DNA from: Chiloscyllium plagiosum
Taxonomy: Eukaryota
Assembly: GCF_004010195.1 (NCBI RefSeq)
Contig: NC_057749.1
Span: forward strand, 17,207,658-17,271,657
DNA: 64,000 nucleotides
Direction of reading: 5' to 3'
The stretch's first letter is position 1, and each line of letters opens with the position of its first letter. The notes beneath the pieces were generated by a model. The model ran no database searches and was not told the DNA's origin. It saw only the letters and a program-made list of their open reading frames with translations. This document shows, piece after piece, positions 13,851-26,411 of the stretch. The position numbers and the translations under genes are program-made.

Positions 13851-16541
13851 AATTGACTTGAATTGAATTTATTGTCACGTATACCGAGGCACGGTGAAAA
13901 CCTTTGTCTTGCGAGCAATACAGGCAGATCACATAGTTAAGTAGCGTAGATAGTAAATAATAGATAAACAGTGGCAAAAACAAAAACACAGGTACAGGCA
14001 AATGTTAAGAGTTTATGAGTCCATTCAGTATTCTAACAACAGTCTGTTAGAAACTGATGTGAAACCGGCTGGTGCGTGTGTTCAGGCTTCTGTACCTTCT
14101 CCCCGATGGTAGCGGTTGTAGAAAAACAGTGGGATGGATTTTTGAGAATGCTGGTGGCCTTTCCTTGACAGTGGGCCTGGTAGATGGATTCTATAGATGG
14201 AAGGTTGGCCTTTGTGTTGTCCGGGCTGAGTTCACCACTCTCTGTAACCATCTCCGATCTTGAATGGTGCAGATGCCATACCAGGTAGTGATGCATCCAG
14301 AGAGAATGCTCTTGATGGCGCACCTATAAAAGTTGGCAAGAGTATTCACCGTCATGCCAAATTTCCTCAGCTGCCTGAGGAAGAAGAGACGTTGTTGAGC
14401 CTTTGTAACCAATGCAGTCACATGAAGAGTCCAAGAAACATTGTTGTGGATGATCACTCTCAAGAGCTTGACAATCTCCACTTGTTCCACCTCTGTGCTG
14501 TTAATGTGTACGGGAGCATAAGTAGCATCCCGATGAAAGTCAATAATAAGTTCCTTGGTTTTGTTGGCATTGAGAGCTAGGTTGTTCTCAGTGCACCACT
14601 TTTCCAGGTCTTCCACCTCCCATTTATAGTCTGTTTCATTGCCATCTGAGATTCGACCAACTATGGTGGTGTCATCAGCGAACTTGTAAATGGCATTAGT
14701 CTGGCATTTAGCGACACAGTCATGGGTATACAGTGAGTACAGTAGGGGGCTGAGTACGCACCTTTGGTGGGGGGGGGGGCTCTAGTGTTGAGTGTTAGTG
14801 AGGATGAAATATTGTCCCCAGTCTTCACTGATTGTGGCCTGTTGGTCAGGAAACTAAGGATCTAGTTGCAGAGAGTGGGGCTTATTCTGCGATCACTAAG
14901 TTTAGTAATCAGTGTTGAGGGGATAATAGTGTTGAAGGCTGGACTGTAGCCAATAAGTAGGATTCTTATATAGCTGTTCTTGGTGTCAAGATGTTCGAGG
15001 GAGGAGTGAAGGGCAAGTGATATGGCATCTGACGTAGATCTGTTGGTCTGATAGGCAAATTGGAGTGAGTGAAGAGTAGTGGGGAGGCTGGAATTGATTA
15101 ATGCCATGACTGGCCTTTCAAAGCACTTCATGACCACCGAAGTCAATGACTACCACTGGGCGGTAGTCATTGAGACATGTTGCATGAGCCTCCTTAGGCA
15201 CAGGGATACTGTTGGCCCTCTTGAAACAGGCAGAGACAGTGGCCTGCTGCAGGGAGAGGTTGAAGATATCCGAGAAGACCTCTGCCAGCTGATCTGCGCG
15301 TGTTCTGAGTGCATGGCCTGGTACGCCATCTGGCCCCATTGCTTTCCTTGGATTCACACGAAGGAAAACTGATCTGACCTCTGATGCAGTGACTGTTGGG
15401 ACAGGCTCGTCAGGACTTGTTGGAATAGGTGTTACCTCTCCGCTGAAATTCTGCTCAGAGGTATTGAGACGACCTGGGAGGGATATGTCATCATCTGCTA
15501 TCATGCACTGCCTCTTTTTTAAAACCTATGATGTCCTTCAGCCCTTGCCATAGTTGCTGGGTATTGGTCCTTGGCTGTCTAAAATGTTCCTTATTTTTGA
15601 GTGGGTCTCCTGATCTGAAGGCCTGACGCCTGGTTTTTAGCTGGTTCTGTATGTCCTGATTCACCCAGGGTTTCCTGTTGGGGAACACTCGGATTGACTT
15701 CCTCAGTACGCAGTCCACTACACACTTGCCGATCAAGTCTGTGACAGTGGTGGCATACTCGTCCAAGGTGCCTGTGGACTGTTTGAACATGGCCTAGTCA
15801 GCCAATTCCAGACAGCAACGGAGTTGATCCTCTGCCGCCTCTGACCAGCACTTGACCTCTATCCGCGAGGGGGGTCTCCTGCTTGACCTTTTGCCTATAA
15901 GTCGCAAGAAGAAGCATGGCTCTGTGGTCGGAGTTCCTGAAATGAGGGCGAGGGATGGAGCGGGTAGGTATCCTTTACAGTGGTGGGGCAGTGGTCTAAA
16001 ATGTTCGGGCCCCTGGTGGGCAGGTTCTGGTGGTACTTGGGAAACACATTCCTTAGATTGGCTTGATTGAAGTTGCCAGTTACAATAAACAGGACTTTGG
16101 GGTGTTCCGTCTTCAGCGTGTTAATGGTGGAGTACAGCACAGCCTCAACCTTTGCTTGTGGTGGTATGTATAGTTAGTATTGCAGCAGTAAATTCCCATG
16201 GTAGATAGAAGGGGCGGCATTTGATGGCGAGGAGTTCAATCGTTGGGGTTGCAATGTACATGCACCACCAGTTGTTTAAAAAGCAAACCCCCTCCACCCT
16301 TTGTCTTACCTGAGGATGCTATGCAGTCTATATGATGGATAGAAAAACCATCAGCCTGAAGTGCGCAGTCGGGAGTGGATGGGTTGAGCAGGTTTCTGTG
16401 AAGTAGAGTACGCAGCAGTCCCATAGCTCATGCTGAAAGCTGTGCCGTGATCTGAGTTCGTCCATCTTGTTGTCCAGAGACTGTACATTTGCTAGGAGTA
16501 AGTTAGGAAGGGGGAACCTTGAAACTGCGTAGTCTCAGTCT
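13851..16541 (-). mobile_element. Rex1/Babar-type LINE (APE + RT), frameshifted, inserted in CR1
   Basis: CLNDYRPV, TSVVMKCFER, QFAY.NRSTSDAI, KAQQRLFFLRQLRKF, SGCITTWYG; (CAATT)n-type tail near 13851-13870; TSD tatattg at 13844-13850 and 16542-16548. Confidence 0.9.
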
Positions 16542-16870
16542 TATATTGTCTTCCATGTCCTTCTCCACAGTAAACACTGAGCAAAATACTCAATTAGTGT
16601 CGTCCCTCATCTCCTACGGCTCCACACATAGGCTGCCTTGCTGATCTTTGAGGGGCCCTATTCTTTCCCTAGTTACCCTTTTGTCCTTAATGTTTTATAA
16701 AATACCTTTGAATTATTCTTAACCCTCTTGGCCAAAGCTATCTCATGTCTCCTTTTCGTCCTCCTGATTTCCTCCTTAAGTATACCCCTACTGCCTTTAT
16801 ACTCTGTTAAGGATTGATTTGATCTCTGCTCTCTTTACCTGATATATGCTTGCTTCCTTTTTCTTAACCA
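16542..16870 (-). mobile_element. CR1 ORF2 fragment
   Basis: Continues the CR1 interrupted by the Rex1-type LINE. Confidence 0.8.
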
Positions 16871-17004
16871 AGTACTGTGGAATCTGCTTTGCAATATCAG
16901 CTGGGTGAAGTCTATAGCACCAGATAGTGTCCCAGATATTACAGAATTGCTTTAATTAGCCATGATTTTCTAATACGTAGGTGGAAATGTTGCATTTGGA
17001 AGAA

Positions 17005-18305
17005 ATATATGAAGGACAAAAGGGTAACTAGGGAGAGAATAGTGCCCCTCAAAGATCAGCAAGGCGGCCTTTGTGTGGAGCCACAGAAAGACTTTTGAAG
17101 ACTGGAGGTTGGCAAACGTGGTGCCACTGTTTAAGAAGGGCAGTAAAGACAAGCCAGGGAACTATAGACCAGTGAGCCTGACCTCAGTGGTGGGCAAGTT
17201 GTTGGAGGGAATCCTGAGGGACAGGATGTACATGTATTTGGAAAGGCAAGGACTGATTCGGGATAGTCAACATGGCTTTGTGTGTGGGAAATCATGTCTC
17301 ACGAACTTGATTGAGTTTTTTGAAGAATAACAAAAAAGATTGATGAGGGCAGAGCAGTAGATGTGATCTACATGGACTCCAGTGAGGCATTCGACAAGGT
17401 TCCCCATGGGAGACTGATTAGCAAGGTGAGATCTCATGGAATANNNNNNNNNNNNNNNNNNNNNNNNNNNNNNNNNNNNNNNNNNNNNNNNNNNNNNNNN
17501 NNNNNNNNNNNNNNNNNNNNNNNNNNNNNNNNNNNNNNNNNNNNNNNNNNNNNNNNNNNNNNNNNNNNNNNNNNNNNNNNNNNNNNNNNNNNNNNNNNNN
17601 NNNNNNNNNNNNNNNNNNNNNNNNNNNNNNNNNNNNNNNNNNNNNNNNNNNNNNNNNNNNNNNNNNNNNNNNNNNNNNNNNNNNNNNNNNNNNNNNNNNN
17701 NNNNNNNNNNNNNNNNNNNNNNNNNNNNNNNNNNNNNNNNNNNNNNNNNNNNNNNNNNNNNNNNNNNNNNNNNNNNNNNNNNNNNNNNNNNNNNNNNNNN
17801 NNNNNNNNNNNNNNNNNNNNNNNNNNNNNNNNNNNNNNNNNNNNNNNNNNNNNNNNNNNNNNNNNNNNNNNNNNNNNNNNNNNNNNNNNNNNNNNNNNNN
17901 NNNNNNNNNNNNNNNNNNNNNNNNNNNNNNNNNNNNNNNNNNNNNNNNNNNNNNNNNNNNNNNNNNNNNNNNNNNNNNNNNNNNNNNNNNNNNNNNNNNN
18001 NNNNNNNNNNNNNNNNNNNNNNNNNNNNNNNNNNNNNNNNNNNNNNNNNNNNNNNNNNNNNNNNNNNNNNNNNNNNNNNNNNNNNNNNNNNNNNNNNNNN
18101 NNNNNNNNNNNNNNNNNNNNNNNNNNNNNNNNNNNNNNNNNNNNNNNNNNNNAGAGGCATTTGGATGGGTATATGAATAGGAAGGGTTTGGAGGGATATG
18201 GGCCGGGTGCTGGCAGGTGGGACTAGATTGGGTTGGGATATCTGGTCGACATGGACGGGTTGGGCCGAAGGGTCTGTTTCCGTGCTGTACATCTCTATGA
18301 CTCTA
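17005..18305 (+). mobile_element. CR1 LINE spanning the assembly gap
   Basis: ANVVPLFKKG...PGNYRPVSLTSVVGKLLE...QHGF; CR1 3' tail after the gap. Confidence 0.9.
17444..18152. other. Assembly gap (N run)
   Basis: Run of n bases. Confidence 1.
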
Positions 18306-20280
18306 ACTGGGAATGTAATTGTGATTCCTTGTGGCAGACAGCTGAAAGACCATGCTATAGTTACCACGATCAGATGTACTTGGGAATATATGCAGTGATG
18401 TTATTTGGGTGGAACTTAGAAATAAGAAAGAGATGATCACCTTATTGTATCATTGTATTATAGACCCCCTAATATTCATCAGGAAATTGAGGAAGAAATT
18501 TGTACGGTATAGATATAGAATGTAGGGAAATAGATGGTGACATCTTGAAAAATGTCCATATTACAGAGGAGGAAGTGTTGGATGTCTTGAAATGCATAAA
18601 GATAGATGAATCCCCAGGACCTGATCAGGTGTACCCCAGAACTCTGTGGGAAGCTAGGGAACTGATTACTGGGCCTCTTACTGAGATATTCGGATCATCG
18701 AAAGTCACAGGTGAGGTTCCGAAAGAGGTTGGCTAATGTGGTGCCACTGCTAAGAAAGGTGGTAAGGACAAGCCAGGGAACTATAGACCGGTGAGCCTGA
18801 TGTCGGTGGTGGGCGAGTTGTTGGAGGGAATCCTGAGGGACGGGATGTCCATGTATTTGGAAAGGCAAGGACTGATTCGGGATAGTCAACATGGCTTTGT
18901 GCGTGGGAAATCATATCTCTCAAACTTGACTGAGTTATTTGAAGAAGTAACAGAGAATTGATGAGGGCAGAACGGTGGATGTGATCTCTGCGGGCTTCAG
19001 TAAGGCACTCGCCAAATTCCCTGTGGGAGACTGGTTAACAAGGTTAGATCTCACGGAATACAGGGAGAACTAGTCATTTGGATACAGAACTAGTTTAAAG
19101 GCAGAAGACAGAGGGTGGTGGTGGAGGGTTGTTTTTCAGATTGGAGGCCTGTGACCAGTGGAGTGGCCACAAGGATCGGTGCTGAGTCCACTGCTTTTCA
19201 TCATTTATCTAAATAATTTGGATGTGAGCTTAAGAGATATAGTTAGTTTGCAGATGACATCAAAATTGGAGGTGTAGTAGAGAGTGAAGAAGGTTACCTC
19301 AGATTACAACGGGATCTTAATCAGATGGGTCAATGGGCTGAGGAGTGGCAGATGGAGTTTAATTTAGATAAATGCGAGGTGCTGCATTTTGGGAAAGCAA
19401 ATCTTAGCAGGACTTAAACACTTAATGTTCAGGTGCTGAGGAGTGTTGCTGAACAAAGAGACCTTGGAGTGCAGGTTTAGTTCCTTGAAAGTGGAGTTGC
19501 AGCAAGATAGGATAGTGAAGAAGGCTAATGCCCGAAACGTCGATTCTCCTGTTCCCTAGATGCTGCCTGACCTGCTGCGCTTCTCCAGCAACACATTTCC
19601 ATCTCTGATCTCCAGCATCTGCAGACCTCATTTTCTCTAGTGAAGAAGGCGTTTGGTATGCTTTCGTTTATTGGTCAGAGTTCTGAGTACAGGATTGAGA
19701 GGTCACGTGTGGCTGTACAAGACATTGGTTAGGCCATTGTTAAGTATTGTGTGCAATTCCGGTCACCTTCCTATAAGAAAGGTGTTGTGCAACTTGTAAA
19801 TCTTTTCTGAACCTTTTTCAAGAATGTTGCCAGAGTTGGAGGATTTGAGCTATAGGGAGAGGTTGAATAGGCTAGGGCTGTTTTCCCTGGAGCATCGGAG
19901 GCTGAGGGGTGACCTTATAAAATTATGAGAGGCATTGTTAGGATAAATAGACAAAGTCGTTTCTCTAGGGTGGGGGAGTCCAGAACTTGAGGGCATAGGT
20001 TTAGGGTGAGAGGGAAAAGATATAAAAGAGACCTAAGGGATAACCTTTTCATGCAGAGGGTGGTACGTGCTTGCCATGCGCTGCCAGAGGAAGTGGTGGA
20101 GGCTCGTTCAATTGCAATTAAAAGGCACCTGGATGGGTATGTGAATAGGATAGATTTGGAGAGATATGGGCCCGGTGCTGGCAGATGGGACTGGATTGGG
20201 TTGGGATATCCGGTCGGCATGGACAAGTTGGACCGAGGGGTCTGTTTCCATGCTGTGCGTCTCTACGACTCTCTGACTCT
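18305..20280 (+). mobile_element. CR1 LINE, internally deleted, frameshifted
   Basis: SPGPDQVYPRTL, RT motifs, and 3' tail ending (atgactct)-like. Confidence 0.92.
19526..19637 (+). mobile_element. PLE terminal fragment in CR1, 13-bp TSD
   Basis: TSD tagtgaagaaggc at 19513-19525 and 19638-19650. Confidence 0.92.
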
Positions 20281-22474
20281 ACTGGCAAGAATGCTAAAAC
20301 ATCTGCCTCACATAAACGTATATATTATTTTATTTAGGAGATGCAATAGCAATGATGAACGTATGGTAGGAAAGCTGTGAAGGCATCTATGATTGGACAC
20401 CCACACTGCTGTCCTCAGGCTTTTAGCTTTGGTCCCTTTTCCAAACTCCATTCCCTACCTTACTGACACCATCTTTCTCTCTGACAATAGTATGAGAAGA
20501 AACTCGGTCCATCTGCTAACTTGGTGTCATATTTGACCCTGAAATTGTTATCTCTAAATGTGACTATTCCAACACACTTGTTAGTCTCCATCTTTTTGAC
20601 TGTGTGCACTTGAGGTCATGCAAAAATTCTGCTTGTGTTCTTAATACACACCATATCCTGTTCGTCCTTGCTGACTACATTGGCAGGCCTGTGAAGCAAA
20701 ACCTTCATTATATTTTCATATCACTTCATGTTCTGACCCTTCCCTTCTCTATAAGCTCTTCCAACCCCTAAAGCTCTCAGCAATACCTGCGCTCTTGAGC
20801 AACACAATTTTAATCTCCAGTATTGATGGCAGTGCCTTCATTTGCCTAGGTAGGCCTTCAGTTCTCTAAGTTGTCTTGACTTCCCTACCTCTGTTGCTGG
20901 CTTCAAAAGCCCCCACCCTCCCCCCATGCCTGAATCTTTGCCCACGCGTTTGGACGTGTCTTGGGTTGCTCAGTTACTTTATTTTATTTCATAATGCTCA
21001 AGAAAAGAGCCTTGGAAAGTTTTCTTATGTACACTATTTAAGACATATTTGGCAATATTTGTAGAATAAGTGGCTTAGTGTGTATGTTTGCAGCAAGTAA
21101 AAAATGCAGATCGCATGGCAGCTGTCGGTCTTTACAAAATGCATTAGTGAAATAGGAGAAAACGTGTTGAAGTAGCATTTCTGGAAAACTGTCCAGCACT
21201 TAGTGTATCCTCACACTGGTATTTAAACGGCTAGCAGAAAATTCACCCGTATATACCTATTTATTTTACCTGGAAGTACACTGGTTTCTCTACTTACATT
21301 CTATCTTTCAGTTTAGTCAGTATCTGTCAACTGTGCTGCACAAATATGAGCCTTCACCTGGCTTATAGTCTTACCCACTAATAAATTCTTATAACCTCTC
21401 TCCCTTGTATTTATTGCCCTCTTCTTAAATACATCTGCACCATTGGCCTCAACAATTCCATGTTGAGTTCCACATTTTAACCACTCTGAGTAAAGAAGTT
21501 TCTCTCTTAATTCCCGAGGACAATTGTTCACCATCTCGAGGAAAAGCCCCAGCCTCTCAGCTGAATTGACCAGAACTAATATCGGGTTTAGGTTTATTAT
21601 TTAGCACTATTATCAACAATTTTTGACCATGCTAATAGAGAAAAAGGTATGTGCTGCTCAACTCTTCAAATTGAACTGGTGGAAAACATTTTACAAATTT
21701 TACTGAAAAGTGAAACTGGAACAAAAACATGATAGCATGTTGGTATTAAAAATATTGTAATCAGGGCTATAGACAGAACCTTTACTTCCAAATGATATTG
21801 CCTGCAATGGTTCAAAGACTTCTGTGAATGATAGAGACTGGATGCACAGATCGCCACCTTTAGAAAGATTTGCTGCTCCTGTTACCTTAGAACATATGCA
21901 AATTAGTCACTTTTTAATTGTTATTTAATGGACAAAAATTTTTACTATACCTTGTTTCCTTTTAGGGATGCTAAATGCATTGTGAAGAACTGTATGGTTT
22001 TCCTGTTGTAACGTCATAGTTTCAATATAAAATACACAAAATTGTTTGTAATGGTGAAGGATTCAAATACTAGAAAATTAGGAATAAGATGAAACCTTTC
22101 CATCTAGAGTGAAGTTGAGTGGTGAGACATGTTACCTTTAAATTGGATAATTATAAATAGATTTGAGGAGTACTTCATACAAATCTGGACAACATTGTGG
22201 ACATAGTGAGAAGGTAGATCAGTTGGTTGACCTGTTACAAAGGATGGGTTTGTTGAGCTTGATTTTATTTTGGTTTTTAAATTTACCTTTGAATCAGTAA
22301 TGGTGTGCTTCCAATTACTAAATAGATAAGAACATGAATTGGAAAGGTCTGGAGGGATCTTGGCCAGGAGTAGACAGGTTGGAGTAGTTTAGTTTGGGAT
22401 TGTTCTACATGGACTGGTTGGACAGAGGGTTCTGTTTCTGTGTTGTATGACTCTAAACCTCTTTAATTGCAAAT

Positions 22475-22630
22475 GTTGTAAATCAGAAAGAAAAACAGAA
22501 ATTACTGGAAAAGCTCCGCAGGTCTGGTAGCATCTGTGGAGAGAAATGTTTCTGGTCAAGTGACTCTTCCTCAGAACAGTTCCCTCTGGCTTCTGCTGAG
22601 CTTTTCTAGGAAATTTCTTTTTCTTTGATT
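22475..22630 (-). mobile_element. Old fold-back PLE terminus
   Basis: Degenerate inverted arms; minus-strand CTGAGGA...GAAACATT hammerhead remnant near 22545-22580. Confidence 0.6.
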
Positions 22631-24152
22631 GTAACTTGGCTATGTTTTTACACACAGCAAACTACTCACTGTGGAAAGGTTCAAACTATGAAGTGTTAGC
22701 AAATTTAATCTTGAAAATGTTAATTCTTTGGGAACAAGCAAGATGAACAACATGTTAAAGTTAGAGCAAAGGCCTTAATGAAAAATTAGGTGTTATTGTA
22801 AAAAAAATCCATTTTATATCTTTGTACACCATAAAAAAGCAGCAAGCTTGATGATGCCAATTTGAATTAAATCAACATAAATACAATACATATATTATGA
22901 CTACCATTACTGACAGTGCTATTATATTAATGAAGTGTTACCTTTGACCCTGATGGACCAAAGTCTGATTTTGGGACATCTTCCTCACTTTCTAACAATG
23001 CATTACAAGAACTGCTTTTATGTTTCTGGCTTTTCTTTGTAGGACAGACGAGATGGAAATGTGGCCCACTAGATAATTGAAGAGGACATGTCATCTTTGG
23101 CTTGTTTCTGCCACTTTGGACAGAGGTGTTATTTAGTTGGGTGTAATTTGTTTGTCTGAGTTGGCCTAATTTTAGCTCATTTATTTCATAGCATTATGTT
23201 TTGCATGCTTTAAGGCAAGAAAAGATCCTACAACTCTACACACCAGTGTTGATCATAACTATTTTTAACCAATGAGTACTTTTTCTCCAGTTTCTGCGAA
23301 TGAGTCAATGGTGAATCAAATTGGAGGAAGTGTCATGAACTTTACTTCAACCAAGAGCTCTAAAACTTTTCAGCCAGCTTACCTTGTAATGTGACCTCTT
23401 AGAACACAGATAAATTTGCTACCAGCTGCCTTGGTTGCTGTCATGATTATCAAATTGAAACTTCGTTACACAGCTTGTGATAATTTGTTTCTATGGTACA
23501 GGAGGTATATACATGTTACATAGTTGCATAAGCCACCACAACCTTAGAGCATAGACCAAATAACAAGCAAATGAAATCATGAATGGGTGTAATAGTAATG
23601 TCACTGGATTAATAACCTAGACTAAAGTTCTTTATGCACTGGTTCAAATCCCATTGTGGCGGCTGGTAGAATTTGAGGACTCTTGCAGCGCAGTAATAGA
23701 GTCCCCACCAGAAGATCCAGGTTCAAGTCTCACCTGCTGCAGACATAATGAGAAGGAAACATCTCTGAGCAGGTTGATTAGAAATTTTTAAAAGAAAAAA
23801 GTTGTGGTCCCCTCTACCCTTTTATGTGACGCTGTGCATGGATGCAGTATGTCTTCGAAACTGTTTACATCAGCACTCTCTCCACAGCATTGTTGTGATC
23901 TGCTGGTAGGACTGCATTCACAAACATAGAAGCACAGGAAACAGAAAACATTACCATCAATGTGTCCATCCTCCAGCAAAACCTACTGTTTTGGGTTGAT
24001 CGTATTACCAGGATGGATGACAGTCACTTGCCTGAATCCATACATTTTCAATCTGCACATAAACGAAATAACAGATTGGCAATGGTAGCCTGGATGATGA
24101 GTTCATACAATGCTTTCTTAACAGTTTCTTAGAGCACTACAATCTGGAGCTA

Positions 24153-24313
24153 GGAGCAAATTTCTGCAAATGCTGGAATTTGATCTAAAAGTAAACAATG
24201 CTGGCGATCACAGCAGGTCAGGCAGCACGCATGGAGAGAAAGCAAGCTAACATTTTCAGCGTGGGTGCTGCGATGAAGAGTCATCGAGGTTCAAAATGTT
24301 AGCGTGCTTTCTC
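24153..24313 (-). mobile_element. Old fold-back PLE terminus, 14-bp TSD
   Basis: TSD aca(a/t)tctggagcta at 24139-24152 and 24314-24327; inverted gagaaagcaagctaacatttt / aaaatgttagcgtgctttctc around a hammerhead remnant. Confidence 0.75.
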
Positions 24314-24618
24314 ACATTCTGGAGCTATCCAGAAAGCAGGTTATATAAGACTTTGGTACTGACAATTGATTAGTGACCTCAAAGTTAAGGAATTTAAAAG
24401 ATTAATCCAAAGACAAGGTTGAAAAGAGATTTGACAGAGATTCTCAAAGTTGTGAGCAATCAGGACAGAATAGATTGGGGAAAAACTGTTCCTGCTTATG
24501 AAAGAAAAAAGAACAAGAGGGTGTGAATTTGAAGTGATACACAGTGGAAGCAAAGCTGGTTTCAGAATAACCTTATTTATAAAGTTAAAAACCAGACAAC
24601 GCCGGGTTTATTTAGAAG

Positions 24619-24653
24619 CACTAGCTTTCGGAGCGCCGCCGCTTCATCAGGTG
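24619..24653 (-). ncRNA. Minimal hammerhead ribozyme in PLE 3' pseudo-LTR
   Basis: CAC-CTGATGA-AGCGGCGGCGCTCC-GAAA-GCTA-GTG; stem I CAC/GTG, palindromic AGCT in place of stem III. Confidence 0.72.
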
Positions 24654-25863
24654 GTTGTGGAGTATAAGATCATAAAGACACAGAATTTATAGCAAAAGTT
24701 TACAGTGTGATGCAACTGAAATTATATTTGGAAAAGACCTGGATTGTTTAAGTCTCATCTTTTAGAATGTCCATGCTGGTTTCAGTTCCTTCATATGTAA
24801 ATCCCAAAACTTTTTTTAAAAGTTACATTCTCAAGTGAACTTTAACAATAGGTGCCATGTCGGCCCAGATAATGCTTTGAAGGTGTGAGGTGCCCTGTGT
24901 GAGGCTGTCTGTGCCCCACTGTTCAGACTGAGCCAATTTCTTTAAAAAAAAGGGAATTTACAGAATCTTACATGGATTCATGCAGTTTTTGAGCAAAATA
25001 AAATGTAATTCTGCAAGTACAAATTCATCTCACAAACTTATGTGCGTGCGGGGGCATCGTGTATGAATATTTGAGAGCGAGTGTGTGAATGCGTATGTGA
25101 GAGTGTAAAGGGGTATGTGAGAGGGTGCTTGTGTGGGTGTGTATGTGTGAGCATATGAGAGAGAGCTTGTGTGTGAGAGAAGGTTCAGCATGAGCATATG
25201 GGTCTGTAGGAGTATATGTGTGTGTGTATGTTGCAGTGGAGTCACCTGTAGTGTGACGTGAATCCAAGGTCCCGGTTGAGGCTATCCCCATGGGTACCGA
25301 ACTAAGCTATCAGCCTCTGCTTGGCCACTTTGCATTGTTGCCTGTCCCGAAGTCTGCCTTGGAGGATGGTCACCCGAAGGTGTGAGGTCGAATATCCTGG
25401 ATCGCTGAAGTGCTCTCCGACTGGGAGGGAACATCCTGTCTTTTGATTGTTGTGCAGTGTCCATTCATCCGTTGCTGTAGCCTCTGCTTGTTCTCGCCAA
25501 TGTACCATGCCTCAGGCCACCCTTGCCTACAGCGTATGAGATAGACAATGTTGGCCGAGTCACATGAGTACCTGCCATGTACATGGTGGGTGGTGTCCCC
25601 ATGTGTAATGGTGGTATCTGTGTCAACACTGACACATCTTGCAGCATCTGGAGTGGCAAGGTTGTATGGTGTTGTCCTGAAAGCCAGGCAGTTTGCTGCA
25701 AACAATGATCTGTTTGAGATTTGGTGGTTTAAAGGTGAGAAGTGGAGGCGTGGGGAAGGTCTTGGTGAGGTGCTCATCCTCATTGATCATGTATTACAGG
25801 TTGCGAAGAACATGGTGTAGTGTTTTGACTCCTGGGAAATACTGGACAATGAAGAGTACCCTT

Positions 25864-26411
25864 TAGAATGTGTATAGGGTATAAGCAGGCAGGGAAAGAG
25901 TTAAGTTCTGAGTTTTGTGAAAAGTTCAGCTGAGCATGAATCAGATCAGATGAGAACTTGTAGTTAACAATGGGGTGCTGAGGGCAAGGGTAATGGGTTA
26001 ACAAGATGGAAAAGCATTCATTATGTCAAGCCATTTAACAATATTGGAAGCATTCAGTATGCAAGGTCAGCTAACAAGGGGAAAAGTATCCATTGTATGA
26101 ATCCAATTAACAAGGTTAAGAGCATTCATTGTATGACAGTAAAGGACTTGGTCTCTGCCATTAATACTCGTTGATTGTAACGGTCACCCATTTAATATGT
26201 ATGTTACCTTATCTGGATATTCTTCCCTTTTAAAATTACTATATAATTCATTGAGAAACTGTTCTTCCAGAGAAGATCGTGAACTTGTGTCCCTGTGCAC
26301 ATGGGCTATTATTCTCTCTCCCTCCAGGGCCAGGAATAAAGATGAAGGAGCTAAAATTATGCTGTGTCTCTGAGCGTTTTGCTTTGACTGGGGTGGGGGA
26401 ACAGGATGACA
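25864..26411 (+). mobile_element. Solo LTR (548 bp) with 4-bp TSD
   Basis: T(G)AGAATG...GACA ends; TSD cctt at 25860-25863 and 26412-26415; TATATAA 26240-26246; AATAAA 26335-26340; homologous to the reverse complement of 57611-58143. Confidence 0.88.

Noticed and set aside
17267..18367. Long ORFs of 246-366 aa in the ORF track
   Set aside because: Artefacts of translating through the N gap.
23020..23130. Possible small exon after ttttctttgtag
   Set aside because: Weak donor and no recognisable peptide.
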